NCBI GenBank assembly: GCA_038217285.1
Contig: JBBQPO010000049.1
Span: 1 to 27,403 of the forward strand
Length of the DNA: 27,403 bases
Reading direction: 5' to 3'
From: Chthonomonadales bacterium
GTDB taxonomy: Bacteria > Armatimonadota > Chthonomonadetes > Chthonomonadales > Chthonomonadaceae
Shown here: positions 8,464 through 17,960 of the stretch, piece by piece
How positions within the stretch are numbered: position 1 is the stretch's first letter
Layout: every line of letters begins with the position of its first letter
The notes under the pieces: model-generated
The model's input: the letters and a program-made list of their open reading frames with translations, nothing else
Databases searched by the model: none
What the model was told of the DNA's origin: nothing
Program-made: the position numbers and the translations under genes

Positions 8464-9471
8464 TTAGCGTCTGCGGCGCAGACGGCGGAACGCGAACGCG
8501 GAACCGGTCATTCCCATTCCGAACAGAAGACCGAGGGTTCCCGGCTCCGGCGTGGTGTTGGAGCCCAGACCCGACAGCGGCGCAACGTCGTCGAGGGAGG
8601 TCGCGAGGAACTGCTGGTCGAGGAAGCCGTAGGAGGCAACCTGGTTTGTTCCTGTACTGTAGTCTAAGAACACGAGGTTGGCGTTGTTGTCTGCGACGAG
8701 TGCATGACCGTGGCCGTCTGTCGCGCCCTGGTCGAGTTGAAACGTGTGTCCCGTTTCAAGGGTGCTCAGGTCGAGGTCGGAGAACTGTGTTAGGTTGGCA
8801 TCGAGGTTGAGCTGTGTGATGTGGGAGGCACCAAACAGGGTCAGCTTATTCGTGAAGGAGTCGTAGACCATGCCGTGCGCGGCCGGGAGGTTCGCGATTA
8901 CCTCGGTGGTGACGCCGGTCGTCAGGTTGATGCGACCTACCGAGCCATTGCCGGTTCCGCCCGAAGCCGTGTAGTAGGCGTTACCCAGAGTGTCGAAGGC
9001 GATCGATGTGATCTGCGAGACCGATCCGCTCAAAACCTTCTGCGTACCATCCGCAAACGGGTTTAGAGGAATGACGCCCAGGTTACCGGGGAGGCCTGCG
9101 GCGTAGAACTTGGTGCCGCTCGGGTCCAGGGAGAGGTGGTAGGCTCCGGCAACGCCGGAGGCCTTGGTCACGAAGCTGTTGATCGCATTGGGATCGACCT
9201 TGTAGACCTGTCCGGTACCCTGCCCACCCACCAGGAGCTGACCGTCGGGCGCGAAGATGATGCCGTCTCCACCGGGCGTAGCCGCGATGTCGGTACTGCT
9301 GCTTAACACATACGTCGCCGCACCGTCGTAGTTGTAATCGACCTTGTGAACCCTCTGGGTTCCGGTGAAGGTCGTGTAGTAGAGGGTGCCGTTGGCTGCG
9401 GTCCCTTGTGCAAACGCCTGGCATGATCCTGCTGTCAGCAACAGGCCCACCAAAACTGCTGTTCTCTTCAT
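8464..9471 (-). CDS. PEP-CTERM sorting-domain surface protein, probable beta-propeller
   Basis: Signal peptide; repeated GIIFAPDG/LSLDPSG/IAFDTLG blades; TPEPGT + TM helix + RRLRRRR tail. Confidence 0.92.
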   Translation of the reverse strand: MKRTAVLVGLLLTAGSCQAFAQGTAANGTLYYTTFTGTQRVHKVDYNYDGAATYVLSSSTDIAATPGGDGIIFAPDGQLLVGGQGTGQVYKVDPNAINSFVTKASGVAGAYHLSLDPSGTKFYAAGLPGNLGVIPLNPFADGTQKVLSGSVSQITSIAFDTLGNAYYTASGGTGNGSVGRINLTTGVTTEVIANLPAAHGMVYDSFTNKLTLFGASHITQLNLDANLTQFSDLDLSTLETGHTFQLDQGATDGHGHALVADNNANLVFLDYSTGTNQVASYGFLDQQFLATSLDDVAPLSGLGSNTTPEPGTLGLLFGMGMTGSAFAFRRLRRRR

Positions 9472-9833
9472 TGTAGCGTATGTCTCCTCATCATCGAGAG
9501 TCCATCACTTAGGAACCGCCAAACTATTATCGCTCCACAATTCCGCCTCGGTTGAAGTCAGAAGGGGTCCGAATGTGGAGCAGTAATTCTTGGGAGTTGC
9601 CTTACTATCGGCGTGGACATCGATACCGTTTAAGTATTGCATACATCGAGCCAAAGCGAACAGATAAATCGCTCTGGCAGTGTGACGTGCAACAGGATTT
9701 CTGCACGGTCGCTCTGCAACGACGAAAAATTCGTACGGCGGATGTCGCCGATGCGTTCCCCAATCTGATTTGAGCCCTGCCTTGCAGGGAGCGACGCTGC
9801 AGGCTGGGACGGCTCACCTGAATCCGCGCTCGC

Positions 9834-12800
9834 TCATCGATATGTTGATCGTTCCAGCCGGTCGATATGCCATCGCACGACCTCCAGTACGGGCATGGAA
9901 GCAGTAAATCCGAGGTAGCTCATCAGCTTCTGGGAGGCGGGATCGCATTCGGATGCCAGAACCGGGCGTTTCAATGCGGCGAAGAAGCGTTCGTTCGCCC
10001 GCCACATGATGAGAGAAAACGCAATCTCCTGCGACGCGGGAAGACGGATGCGGGTGCTCAAAGTCACATAGGGCGCCAGATAGGGCGCACGCGCCATCTC
10101 TCCATTCGGCAGACGGACCACAAGCCCGCCGTTGCGCGAACCGAACAGGAAATCGCGGAAGTCGACGACATCGTAGAAGTCCTGGTAGTCGATCTGATCG
10201 ACGTGGAGCGCCTCGATGGAACGTGTCTGCTCCAGGAGTGACAGCACACGGGTGATACGAATGTTCTGGGGAAACACCGCCATCATCATGCGCATGGTGC
10301 GGCCCGAGGCGATATCGTCGTCGAGGAGCGCGTAGTCTCCGGGCGGAATCGCTTTGACCTGTTCGGTTATCCGGGGGCAGCCGGGACGGGGCGTCACCTG
10401 TGTGGAGAAGCACTGCCCGTCCGCCAGCCCGAAAAGCCGCGACACCTCCAGCCGATGTGAGCCATCGGTGCAGGTATCCAGGGTGATCGTCTCTAGCTCC
10501 TGCCGGAGCGCGTCGGCGTCGGCGTAGGCGACCTGTCCCTCCAACGCCGGAATCTCGATCTTCAATGCCAGCGCCACATCGGGCAGCGGAGGCCGCGCGT
10601 AGGCTGCGCAAAGGGATGTTCGGAGACTCGTGAGCAACTGCATCCTCGCCTCGACCAGTTTCACAGCGTCCCGTCCCTGCTCCCACGGCTGAACCGCCCA
10701 ACCGCTCTCATCCCGAATCAGGAACCATCGCTCCGGGAGTCGCCAGGGCGGGACCGGGCCACGCGCGAGGTTCGCCTTCAGTCCGCCGTAGTAACGGTTG
10801 GAACGCTCCGGCATCGCCTCCATTTCCTCTGAACGAATGCGCGAAGAAGAGATATTGAAATACTCGAGGCGTGGTCTGGCAAAGGCGATGCGGGTGTGGC
10901 TCGGCCCAATCTCCTGCTTCATGGCCACCACTTCACTTTCGTAGCCCGGCCGCTCGATACAGACGGCATAGCCCTGGCGCAGGAAGGTGCGCCCAAACGC
11001 AGCGTTGTCGCCCCCGAAAACGTAGCCGACGCGCACTGGAACCGGCACGCGCAGATGGTGGTTCAGGTAGCGCTCAAGCCGATCAATGACCTCCGTGTAG
11101 TTGACGGCGCACGGCACGTAGCGCACCTCCCAGGGATCGACCATGAGCCACTCGCTGAGCGCGACGGCCTCATGGCACAGACGCAGCCGGTGCGCATCGA
11201 GCAGCCCCGCAGTGCCGTCGTGCTTGGCAGAGACGTAGGAGTCGTGCGAGGGAGAGAGGTAGCCGCCGAGCACGACATGCCCCAGCTCGATCATCGCATT
11301 TTTCGCCAACTCCATCATGTCGAGATGGCCGTTGTGGATCGGAGAGAAGCCTCCGGTCGTGAGCAGTACAAGCGGAGGGTACGCGATCAACTGAGCCGGA
11401 TCGTACTCGTCCAGTTGGGACAGCCGGCGGAGAATCTTGTGGTAGGGCGTGGTCAGCCAGTTCGGGTCGGTATAGCAGTCCGCATCCAGCTCCGTGTCGA
11501 GGCCGTCGTCGAAGAAGCCTGCCTGGCGGAACGCTTCCCGGCTCTGATACCGGGGGCGCATGGCCCTATAGTAGGGCAGACGATGGTCGAACACCAGACA
11601 AGCGCCCGCTTCCGGTTCTACCCGGCGACAGATTTCCGCCTCCTCGGCAAAGCGTGGCCAGTCGTCGAGATTGCGTTCCGACACCGGTCGTTGTGCCTGT
11701 CCGTCACGAACGAATCGGGTCGCGCCGCCCTCGCCTCCACCGGCATCGAGGTAGAGTATCACGGAAACCAGCGTACGCTTGCCTTCATGATAGACGAACG
11801 GAGCGTCGTAGTGCGGGACGAGCGCCCCACCATGCCGGTAGCGGATAAAACGCAAGAGGGGATTGACACCGACGGCCCTCCAGACGGGAGGGCCGTCCCA
11901 GTCGGTCGCCGCAGTGGCATCCAGGATGCGGGGGCTGCCGACGTACGCACCTATCCGGTTCCAGAGGGTCCGTATGGGTGAGGTAGAGTGAGTTGTTCCA
12001 TCCGCCTGGAGTCGCCGCGTGAAGAATATCCAGATGCATGGCTGGCGACTTTCCGATATACTTATGCCGGTTGTAGCGATGTAGCTCCTCCAGGTTGTGC
12101 GCAAAGAACGCAAACTGCGCCTCCGCTTCCGGGCTCCATTCGCGTCGGAAGGAATTGCGCTCGTCCACACTGCCCAGATCCTTCCAGAGCAGGTAGAGCT
12201 CCACGAAGTCGTAGGGCGCACCGAACACCTCCTCGTCTGCGCGACCATCGTATATGTCGCCTGTCGGAGTCGCCTGCAGCACCGATTCGGGAGCGCCCAG
12301 TGATTTCGCGACAGCATACACCTCGCTCTTATGCAGGTCCGAGAGCACCTGCACACCTACCATCGCGTCGGAGGCCCTGCCGATAAACCCCAGATAGCCG
12401 CCTTCGTCCCGGTTGGTCGTGCCGAGCAGCACTGCCGCATGACCCTGCTGCGTCAGGAGGCTGGTTATATAGTAGAGGGCAGGCGTGCGCGCATAGGAGA
12501 CGAGCTGTCCGGAAGCCCATGGCTCGCCACGTACCTCCATAGCCGTGTCCACAGCGGCCTTGATCGCGGTATGTCCGGCAGAGAGGTCTATTTCGACAGG
12601 CTCTATTCCAAACCTCCGTGCAACCTCTCAGCCCTTCGATGTCGCCTCGCTCTGATGGGTCGCACCGGCATCGAACACCGGCATCAGCACCGCCACGATC
12701 TTCTTGATCGGTGAATCCGCCTGCGCTTTCGCCCGCGCCGCCAACCCCAACGCCACCGCCGAATCGACGCCTCCACTGACCCCAAGCACGCACGCCTCCA

Positions 12801-12951
12801 GCCCTGACTCCCGCATATAGGTGTTGAGCACGATCACCTTCACCTGAATGTAGCGTTCAGCTTCGAATCCACGCCTGCGTCGCAACACGGCCAGCGTCTT
12901 ATGCAGTTCTGGGAAAAGGTTTTCTGTAGACTGGGGATTGTAGATACGCAT
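9834..12951 (-). pseudogene. Disrupted multidomain NAD gene: NH3-dependent NAD synthetase + 2OG-Fe(II) oxygenase + NMN/NaMN adenylyltransferase + type I PRTase-like domain
   Basis: NadE: GVSGGVDS, GTTNRDE, SDLHKSEV, PTGDIYDGRADEE. Oxygenase: RFIRY...PHYDAP...GGATRF. NMNAT: GGFSPIHNGH, GGYLSPSHDSY, ISSSRIR. PRPP loop: LLDDDIASGRT. Lesions: in-frame TGA at 12630-12628 and a frame change near 11995-11970. Confidence 0.8.
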
Positions 12952-13074
12952 AGAACGAATTGTACTTCAAATGCGCTGGCTGCTTCGTCGATTTTTAAGC
13001 GGTGCACGGGCAAAATTTCACCATGGCCGAGCGCGGATTTCACGGAGTTTTGACGACCAGCGTGTACAATGAAA

Positions 13075-13294
13075 TCCTGACGCCGCTGGATAGTCATGGA
13101 AAGGCTCTCGCGGAAGGCGGCCCGGAGCTTCTGCATCGCAAGGCCGGGAAATGGACCGTGCTCGATCTATCGAAGGTGCCGGCCGATCCTAACGATCCCC
13201 TAGTGCGGACGATGCCAGCGCAGTATTCGTGAAGCACGTGCGGCAGAAGTTCCATGGCGTGCAGGCGGACATTTTTCCGGAACCGGGGTGCTGA
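13075..13294 (+). pseudogene. Frameshifted C-terminal fragment of an uncharacterised protein
   Basis: LTPLDSHGKALAEGGPELLHRKAGKWTVLDLSKVPADPNDPL continues as (G)ADDASAVFVKHVRQKFHGVQADIFPEPGC* if one base is restored near 13203. No convincing 5' end. Confidence 0.45.
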
Positions 13295-13300
13295 TCGCCT

Positions 13301-14293
13301 TCAGCCCGCGCGCAGTCCCCGTTCGGTCGGATAGACGACGCCCCACTGCGCGCGAAGCGTGTCGAGGGTGTGCATGATCGCCAGCGTCTCGTCCAGCGGT
13401 AGGATGTCGCTCTCCAATTTGCCAGCCTGCAGGCAACGGTCGACCTCGTCCGCTTCGTAGTTGAAGCCAGAGCCGACGGCGGGGGAATAAATCTCCTCGT
13501 CGGGTTTGCCGTTGCGCGACACTGTCATCCGCTCCGGCTTCCAGAACGGTGGCTTAAGCACGATACGCCCTTCCTCACCCAGGATCGTCGCGTTATGAGG
13601 GGTATTGGTCCGTATGGCGGTAGAAAGCAATGCCAGCGCGCCGTTCGGATGCCCCAGCACGATGGCGGCCTGTTCGTCGATGTTCGTCGCGCCGAGGGTC
13701 GCCAGACCGGTCATCCGGTCCGGCGTTCCAAGTATCATCGAAGCGAAAGAGACGACATAGACGCCGACATCCAGAAGCGCGCCGCCGCCCAGATGCGGGT
13801 CGAACAGCCGACTCTTCGGGTCGAACCCTGCGCGGAAGCCGAAGTCCGCTTCTACCATCCGGACGCGGCCGATCTCACCCGCTTGTAGCAGGGACCGTAA
13901 CTGCGTCATCAGCGGGAAGAAACGGCTCCACATGCCTTCCATGAGGAATACCTGCTTCTCACGCGCCGTCCGCACCACCTCTTCGGCCTCGCGCACATTG
14001 AGGGTGAACGGCTTTTCGCACAGGGTCGCCTTGCCCGCGTTCAGCGCCAGCAGACAGTGCTCTTTGTGGAAGGGGTGGGGCGTCGCGACGTAGATCGCGT
14101 CCACCTCCGGATCCTCCACAAGCGCCTGATAGCTGCTGTGCCGGTGCGGCACATCGAACTGCGCGCCGAACGCCTCCGCCTTCGCGCCGTCCCGCGACCC
14201 TACAGCCATCAAACGGGCATTCGACGCCGACTTGAGCCCCTCCGCAAACTGCCGAGCAATCGAGCCCGGCCCCAGAATTCCCCACCGCACCAT
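13301..14293 (-). CDS. Gfo/Idh/MocA family oxidoreductase
   Basis: VRWGILGPGSIA Rossmann start, YVATPH, CEKP, GGGALLDVGVY; AAGGAG RBS. Confidence 0.95.
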   Translation of the reverse strand: MVRWGILGPGSIARQFAEGLKSASNARLMAVGSRDGAKAEAFGAQFDVPHRHSSYQALVEDPEVDAIYVATPHPFHKEHCLLALNAGKATLCEKPFTLNVREAEEVVRTAREKQVFLMEGMWSRFFPLMTQLRSLLQAGEIGRVRMVEADFGFRAGFDPKSRLFDPHLGGGALLDVGVYVVSFASMILGTPDRMTGLATLGATNIDEQAAIVLGHPNGALALLSTAIRTNTPHNATILGEEGRIVLKPPFWKPERMTVSRNGKPDEEIYSPAVGSGFNYEADEVDRCLQAGKLESDILPLDETLAIMHTLDTLRAQWGVVYPTERGLRAG

Positions 14294-14322
14294 GTATGTC
14301 GCTCCTTCTGTAACTAAATATT

Positions 14323-14421
14323 TTTTTAGACAGGAACCACAGGATTGCCAGGATTAACAAGATTGAGAAGCACGGTCTTCATCCTGTAAATCCTGAAAAT
14401 CTTGTCAATCCTGTCTAAAAA
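14323..14421. repeat. 99-bp inverted-repeat element with arms of four 9-nt ACAGGATTN units
   Basis: Left arm TTTTTAG-ACAGGAACC-ACAGGATTG-CCAGGATTA-ACAAGATTG. Right arm reverse complement TTTTTAG-ACAGGATTG-ACAAGATTT-TCAGGATTT-ACAGGATGA. Confidence 0.85.
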
Positions 14422-14443
14422 CGAATGGTTCGGCGCATCGCGC

Positions 14444-15853
14444 TCAGATCGAGAAGTCGGTCTCCGGACGCCCGGCGAGATTGGAAACGGGCAGGGGCGT
14501 CTGAATGATCATGCCTGCGCCGACCGTGGTGTTCGTCGCTTCGTCGATCAGGATCAGGCTGCCGGTCGTGCGATTGCGGCTGTACGCGTCGAAAACAAGC
14601 GGCTGCGTCGTGCGGATGGTGATCCGCGCGATGTCGTTCATGTTCACTGCGTTGTCGTCGCGGATCTTCTCCAAATTGTTGATGTTCAGCTTGTAGTCGA
14701 TGCTCTTGACGACGCAGCGCACCTCTTTCGTCGTATGCTTGACGGCGTACTTGACGTTGGTGGCCAGCGGCTTTTCGCCCATCCAGCAGACCATCATCTC
14801 GATGTCCTGCGAGACGCTCGGCGCTTCGTGGTCGCCGACAATCATGTCGCCGCGACTGATGTCGATCTCGTCCTCCAGCGTCATCGTGACCGACATCGGC
14901 GCAAACGCCTCCGCGTGACTTTCGCCCGCCGTCTCCAACGACTTGACCCGTGATCGGAAGCCGGACGGCAGCACCTTGACCGGATCGCCCTGCTTGAAGA
15001 CGCCCCCGGCGATGCGGCCTGCATAGCCGCGAAAGTCGTGGTACTCAGTGGACTGCGGGCGAATGACATACTGCACCGGCAGGCGCGTGTCGGTCAGGTT
15101 CAGGTCGCTGCTGATATGCGTGGTTTCGAGCACCGAGAGCAGCGTCTGGCCATCGTACCAGGGCATCGCCGTCGAGCGCTCGACCACGTTGTCGCCGCGC
15201 AGCGCGCTGATGGGGATAAAGCGAACGTCCCGCACTTCCAGCCCGGCCGAGAACGCATCGAAATCGCGCCGGATCTGCTCGAAGACCTCCTCGCGGAAAT
15301 CGACGAGATCCATCTTATTGACGCATACGACGATATGCGGAATGCGGAGCAGGCTGGCGATAATGGCGTGGCGGCAGGTCTGCTCGATGACGCCTTTGCG
15401 CGCGTCGATCAGTATCAGTGCCATGTTTGCCGTCGAAGCGCCCGTGACCATGTTGCGGGTGTACTGGATATGGCCCGGCGTGTCCGCGATGATGAACTTA
15501 CGCTTCGGTGTGGCGAAATAGCGGTAGGCGACATCGATGGTGATGCCTTGTTCCCGCTCCGCCCGCAGGCCGTCCGTCAGCAGCGCGAGATTGACGTACT
15601 CCTCGCCGCGCTTCTCCGAAGAGGCCTTGATGGCGTCGTACTGATCGTCGAAGATCGACTTGCTGTCGTACAGCAGCCGACCGATCAGGGTGCTCTTGCC
15701 GTCGTCCACGCTGCCGGCCGTCGTGAACCTCAGCAGCTCCATGTCGAGGTAGCTCGCGCTGGAAAACTCGTCGCTCTCTAAGACTGTCACATGCGTCTCC
15801 GCCTGGGCGGCGTGATGCCCGTTGCCCGCGTCTGCCTGAAGCTCCGTAGGCAT
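14444..15853 (-). CDS. cysN: Sulfate adenylyltransferase subunit 1 (GTPase), no fused APS kinase
   Basis: LLRFTTAGSVDDGKSTLIGRLL, AEREQGITIDVAYRYF, ADTPGH, NKMD, TGSLILID...TVGAGMI. Confidence 0.96.
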   Translation of the reverse strand: MPTELQADAGNGHHAAQAETHVTVLESDEFSSASYLDMELLRFTTAGSVDDGKSTLIGRLLYDSKSIFDDQYDAIKASSEKRGEEYVNLALLTDGLRAEREQGITIDVAYRYFATPKRKFIIADTPGHIQYTRNMVTGASTANMALILIDARKGVIEQTCRHAIIASLLRIPHIVVCVNKMDLVDFREEVFEQIRRDFDAFSAGLEVRDVRFIPISALRGDNVVERSTAMPWYDGQTLLSVLETTHISSDLNLTDTRLPVQYVIRPQSTEYHDFRGYAGRIAGGVFKQGDPVKVLPSGFRSRVKSLETAGESHAEAFAPMSVTMTLEDEIDISRGDMIVGDHEAPSVSQDIEMMVCWMGEKPLATNVKYAVKHTTKEVRCVVKSIDYKLNINNLEKIRDDNAVNMNDIARITIRTTQPLVFDAYSRNRTTGSLILIDEATNTTVGAGMIIQTPLPVSNLAGRPETDFSI

Positions 15854-16758
15854 CAGAAGTAGCCCTCTTTTTTGCGGTCTTCCATCGCCGCTTCCGAACG
15901 CCTGTCGTCGGCGCGGTTGCCGCGCTCCGTGGTGCGGCTGGCCGCGACCTCCTGAATGATCTCCTCCATCGTGGTGGCCGGAGAGAGTATCGCGCCCGTG
16001 TTCGTCATGTCTCCGATGGTGCGGAACCGCACCTGCCGCATCGCGGGCGTCTCTCCAGACTTGAGCGTCAGGAACTCCGACTTCGACAGCAGCACACCGT
16101 CGCGGTTCACGACCTCGCGCTCATGGGTGAAGTAGAGGCTGGGCATCACGACCTTCTCGACATAGAGGTACTGCCACACGTCCATCTCCGTCCAGTTGCT
16201 TATAGGAAAGATTCGGAAATGTTCGCCGATATGCTTCTTGCCATTGAACAGGTTCCAGAGCTCTGGGCGCTGATTCTTAGGGTCCCACTGTCCGAAATCG
16301 TCGCGGTGGGAAAAGAAGCGCTCTTTGGCGCGCGCCTTCTCCTCGTCCCGTCGGCCTCCTCCGATGGCGGCATCTACCTTAAGCTCCTCGATGGCGTCCA
16401 ACAGCGTCACCGTCTGCAACACATTGCGGCTGGCGTTGACGCCCTGCTCTTCGACGGCGCGGCCTTTGTCGATCGAGGCCTGCACATACCGAATCACCAG
16501 ATTCGCACCGATCTGCTCCACCCACCGGTCGCGATACGAAAGCGTCTCCGCGAAGTTGTGGCCGGTGTCGATGTGCAGCAGAGGAAAGGGGATCTTTGCA
16601 GGCCAGAAGGCTTTGCGCGCCAGATGACTCAACACGATGGAGTCCTTGCCGCCGGAAAACAGCAGAACAGGCCGCTCGAACTGGGCGGCAACCTCCCGCA
16701 GGACGAAGATAGACTCGGATTCGAGTTCCTTAAGGTGAGTTAATCGATAGGAATTCAT
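15853..16758 (-). CDS. cysD: Sulfate adenylyltransferase subunit 2
   Basis: LFSGGKDS, RRDEEKARAKERFFS, WDPKNQRPELW, MEDRKKEGYF; TGATG overlap with cysN. Confidence 0.97.
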   Translation of the reverse strand: MNSYRLTHLKELESESIFVLREVAAQFERPVLLFSGGKDSIVLSHLARKAFWPAKIPFPLLHIDTGHNFAETLSYRDRWVEQIGANLVIRYVQASIDKGRAVEEQGVNASRNVLQTVTLLDAIEELKVDAAIGGGRRDEEKARAKERFFSHRDDFGQWDPKNQRPELWNLFNGKKHIGEHFRIFPISNWTEMDVWQYLYVEKVVMPSLYFTHEREVVNRDGVLLSKSEFLTLKSGETPAMRQVRFRTIGDMTNTGAILSPATTMEEIIQEVAASRTTERGNRADDRRSEAAMEDRKKEGYF

Positions 16759-16834
16759 AATATTTCCACAAGACAGTGCCCGACGTCAGTGTCCGTGCCG
16801 TCAAAATTCTGCCGAACGGACCCGGCAGCACTCT

Positions 16835-16840
16835 ATTATA
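16835..16840 (-). promoter_or_regulatory. -10 box (TATAAT) for cysDN
   Basis: Perfect hexamer about 77 nt upstream of the cysD ATG. Confidence 0.5.
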
Positions 16841-16900
16841 CCTTGAAACCGCCTCACCCCGTTGACCGGACACGGACGGTGGACTCGCGGCGCTGCCTTG

Positions 16901-17458
16901 TCAGGAGCGCGGAGCTTTGGCGGCGCACACGAGAGCCTCGATGGCGTCCTGTAGGGCCCGGCACAACTCCGGATTCGCAAGCAGGCTCGCTTCATCGAGG
17001 CGATTCGTCGTGATTGGCAGGGTGACGGATGCCGCTGTATCGATCTCTGCCATCATCACCGTCAGCGTTTCTCGGAGGGACGCCTGCGCGTAGATCGAGG
17101 CCGGGCGGGCATTCACGAGGGCAACGGATTTGCCCATGAACTCTCCGCTGCTGACGATCCAGTCCAGCGCGTTCTTGAGGACGCCCGGTACGCCATGCGC
17201 ATATTCCGGGCTGCAGATCAGCACAGCGTCCGCTTCTCGCAGCTGCGTCCGGAAGTCGACGACCGCCGGAGGAGGGTTCTCTCCATCAAGGTCCGGATTA
17301 TAATGTGGCAGATCGCCAAGGCCATCGTAGAGCGAGATTGTGACGGAAGGGAGCGCCAGATGTTGGGCGGCTCGGAGCACGGTGGTGTTCGCGGACGCGG
17401 CGCGCAGACTACCGGAAATGGCAAGCAGATGCAGGTCGTTGTCTTCAGTGTGACTCAT
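16901..17458 (-). CDS. NADPH-dependent FMN reductase (flavodoxin-like)
   Basis: AISGSLRAASAN, LPHYNPDLD, SPEYAHGVPGVLKNALDW. Confidence 0.93.
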   Translation of the reverse strand: MSHTEDNDLHLLAISGSLRAASANTTVLRAAQHLALPSVTISLYDGLGDLPHYNPDLDGENPPPAVVDFRTQLREADAVLICSPEYAHGVPGVLKNALDWIVSSGEFMGKSVALVNARPASIYAQASLRETLTVMMAEIDTAASVTLPITTNRLDEASLLANPELCRALQDAIEALVCAAKAPRS

Positions 17459-17654
17459 GGATCTCTTTCCTTCGGACGTTCTTCGCGCGGCGCACCGTGT
17501 ACTCTCCGTCTTTCCACATATCGCTCCAGAGGGTAAGCATCTCTCCTCGATCCATCTTGACCTCTCCTTTCAAAACGAATTCGGTAGGTACGAAAGCATA
17601 ATACGAACCGTGCAACGGTCATGGTTTCCCGCTCAATCGAGGGAGGCTGTATTG

Positions 17655-17681
17655 GGAACTTCGGATAGCCGCCAGCCGTCT
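17655..17681 (+). promoter_or_regulatory. ECF sigma-type promoter GGAACT-N16-CGTCT
   Basis: Same geometry as 5402-5428; upstream of an AGGAGAAGGA RBS. Confidence 0.55.
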
Positions 17682-17739
17682 CCTATAGGGTTCTAAGACA
17701 TCAGACCCCGCTGATTTGTAGGAGAAGGACAAGATTGTT

Positions 17740-17960
17740 CTGGATACCAAACTCGCGGTGCCCTCTGAACAAAAAGTCTCCAAGCCGGAAGAGGCAAAGG
17801 AGCACGATTTCGTGCTACAGAAGGTGCAGCCCGCCTTGTTGGGCTTGATGGACGGCTCTGTATCACTCTGGCTCCGTTGTTCGCAGCCGCAGGTCTCACG
17901 CACAGCGCCCATAAGGCCTTCGTCGTGGGCCTGGCGGCTTCGGTGGGGGCCGGAGGATAA
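17740..17960 (+). pseudogene. VIT1/CCC1 (MbfA membrane-domain type) Fe/Mn transporter remnant
   Basis: [19 protein letters not shown], then after a 1-nt loss near 17864 [31 protein letters not shown]. This matches the MbfA/VIT1 motif [23 protein letters not shown]...[10 protein letters not shown], then stops. Confidence 0.8.

Noticed and set aside
12000-12356. N-terminus of the listed 840-aa ORF
   Set aside because: Non-protein-like alternative frame overlapping the NadE-coding frame.
12590-12630. Selenocysteine recoding of the NadE TGA
   Set aside because: Only a weak downstream stem; the position is a non-catalytic helix where Cys is not expected; other lesions in the gene favour a nonsense mutation.
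16759-16830. SAM riboswitch before cysD
   Set aside because: Conserved SAM-I/II core sequences not found and the leader is short.
17574-17610. ACGAA/TACGAA repeats resembling the ferritin-upstream operator
   Set aside because: Spacing differs from TCGTA-N5-TACGA and the matches are too short to support.
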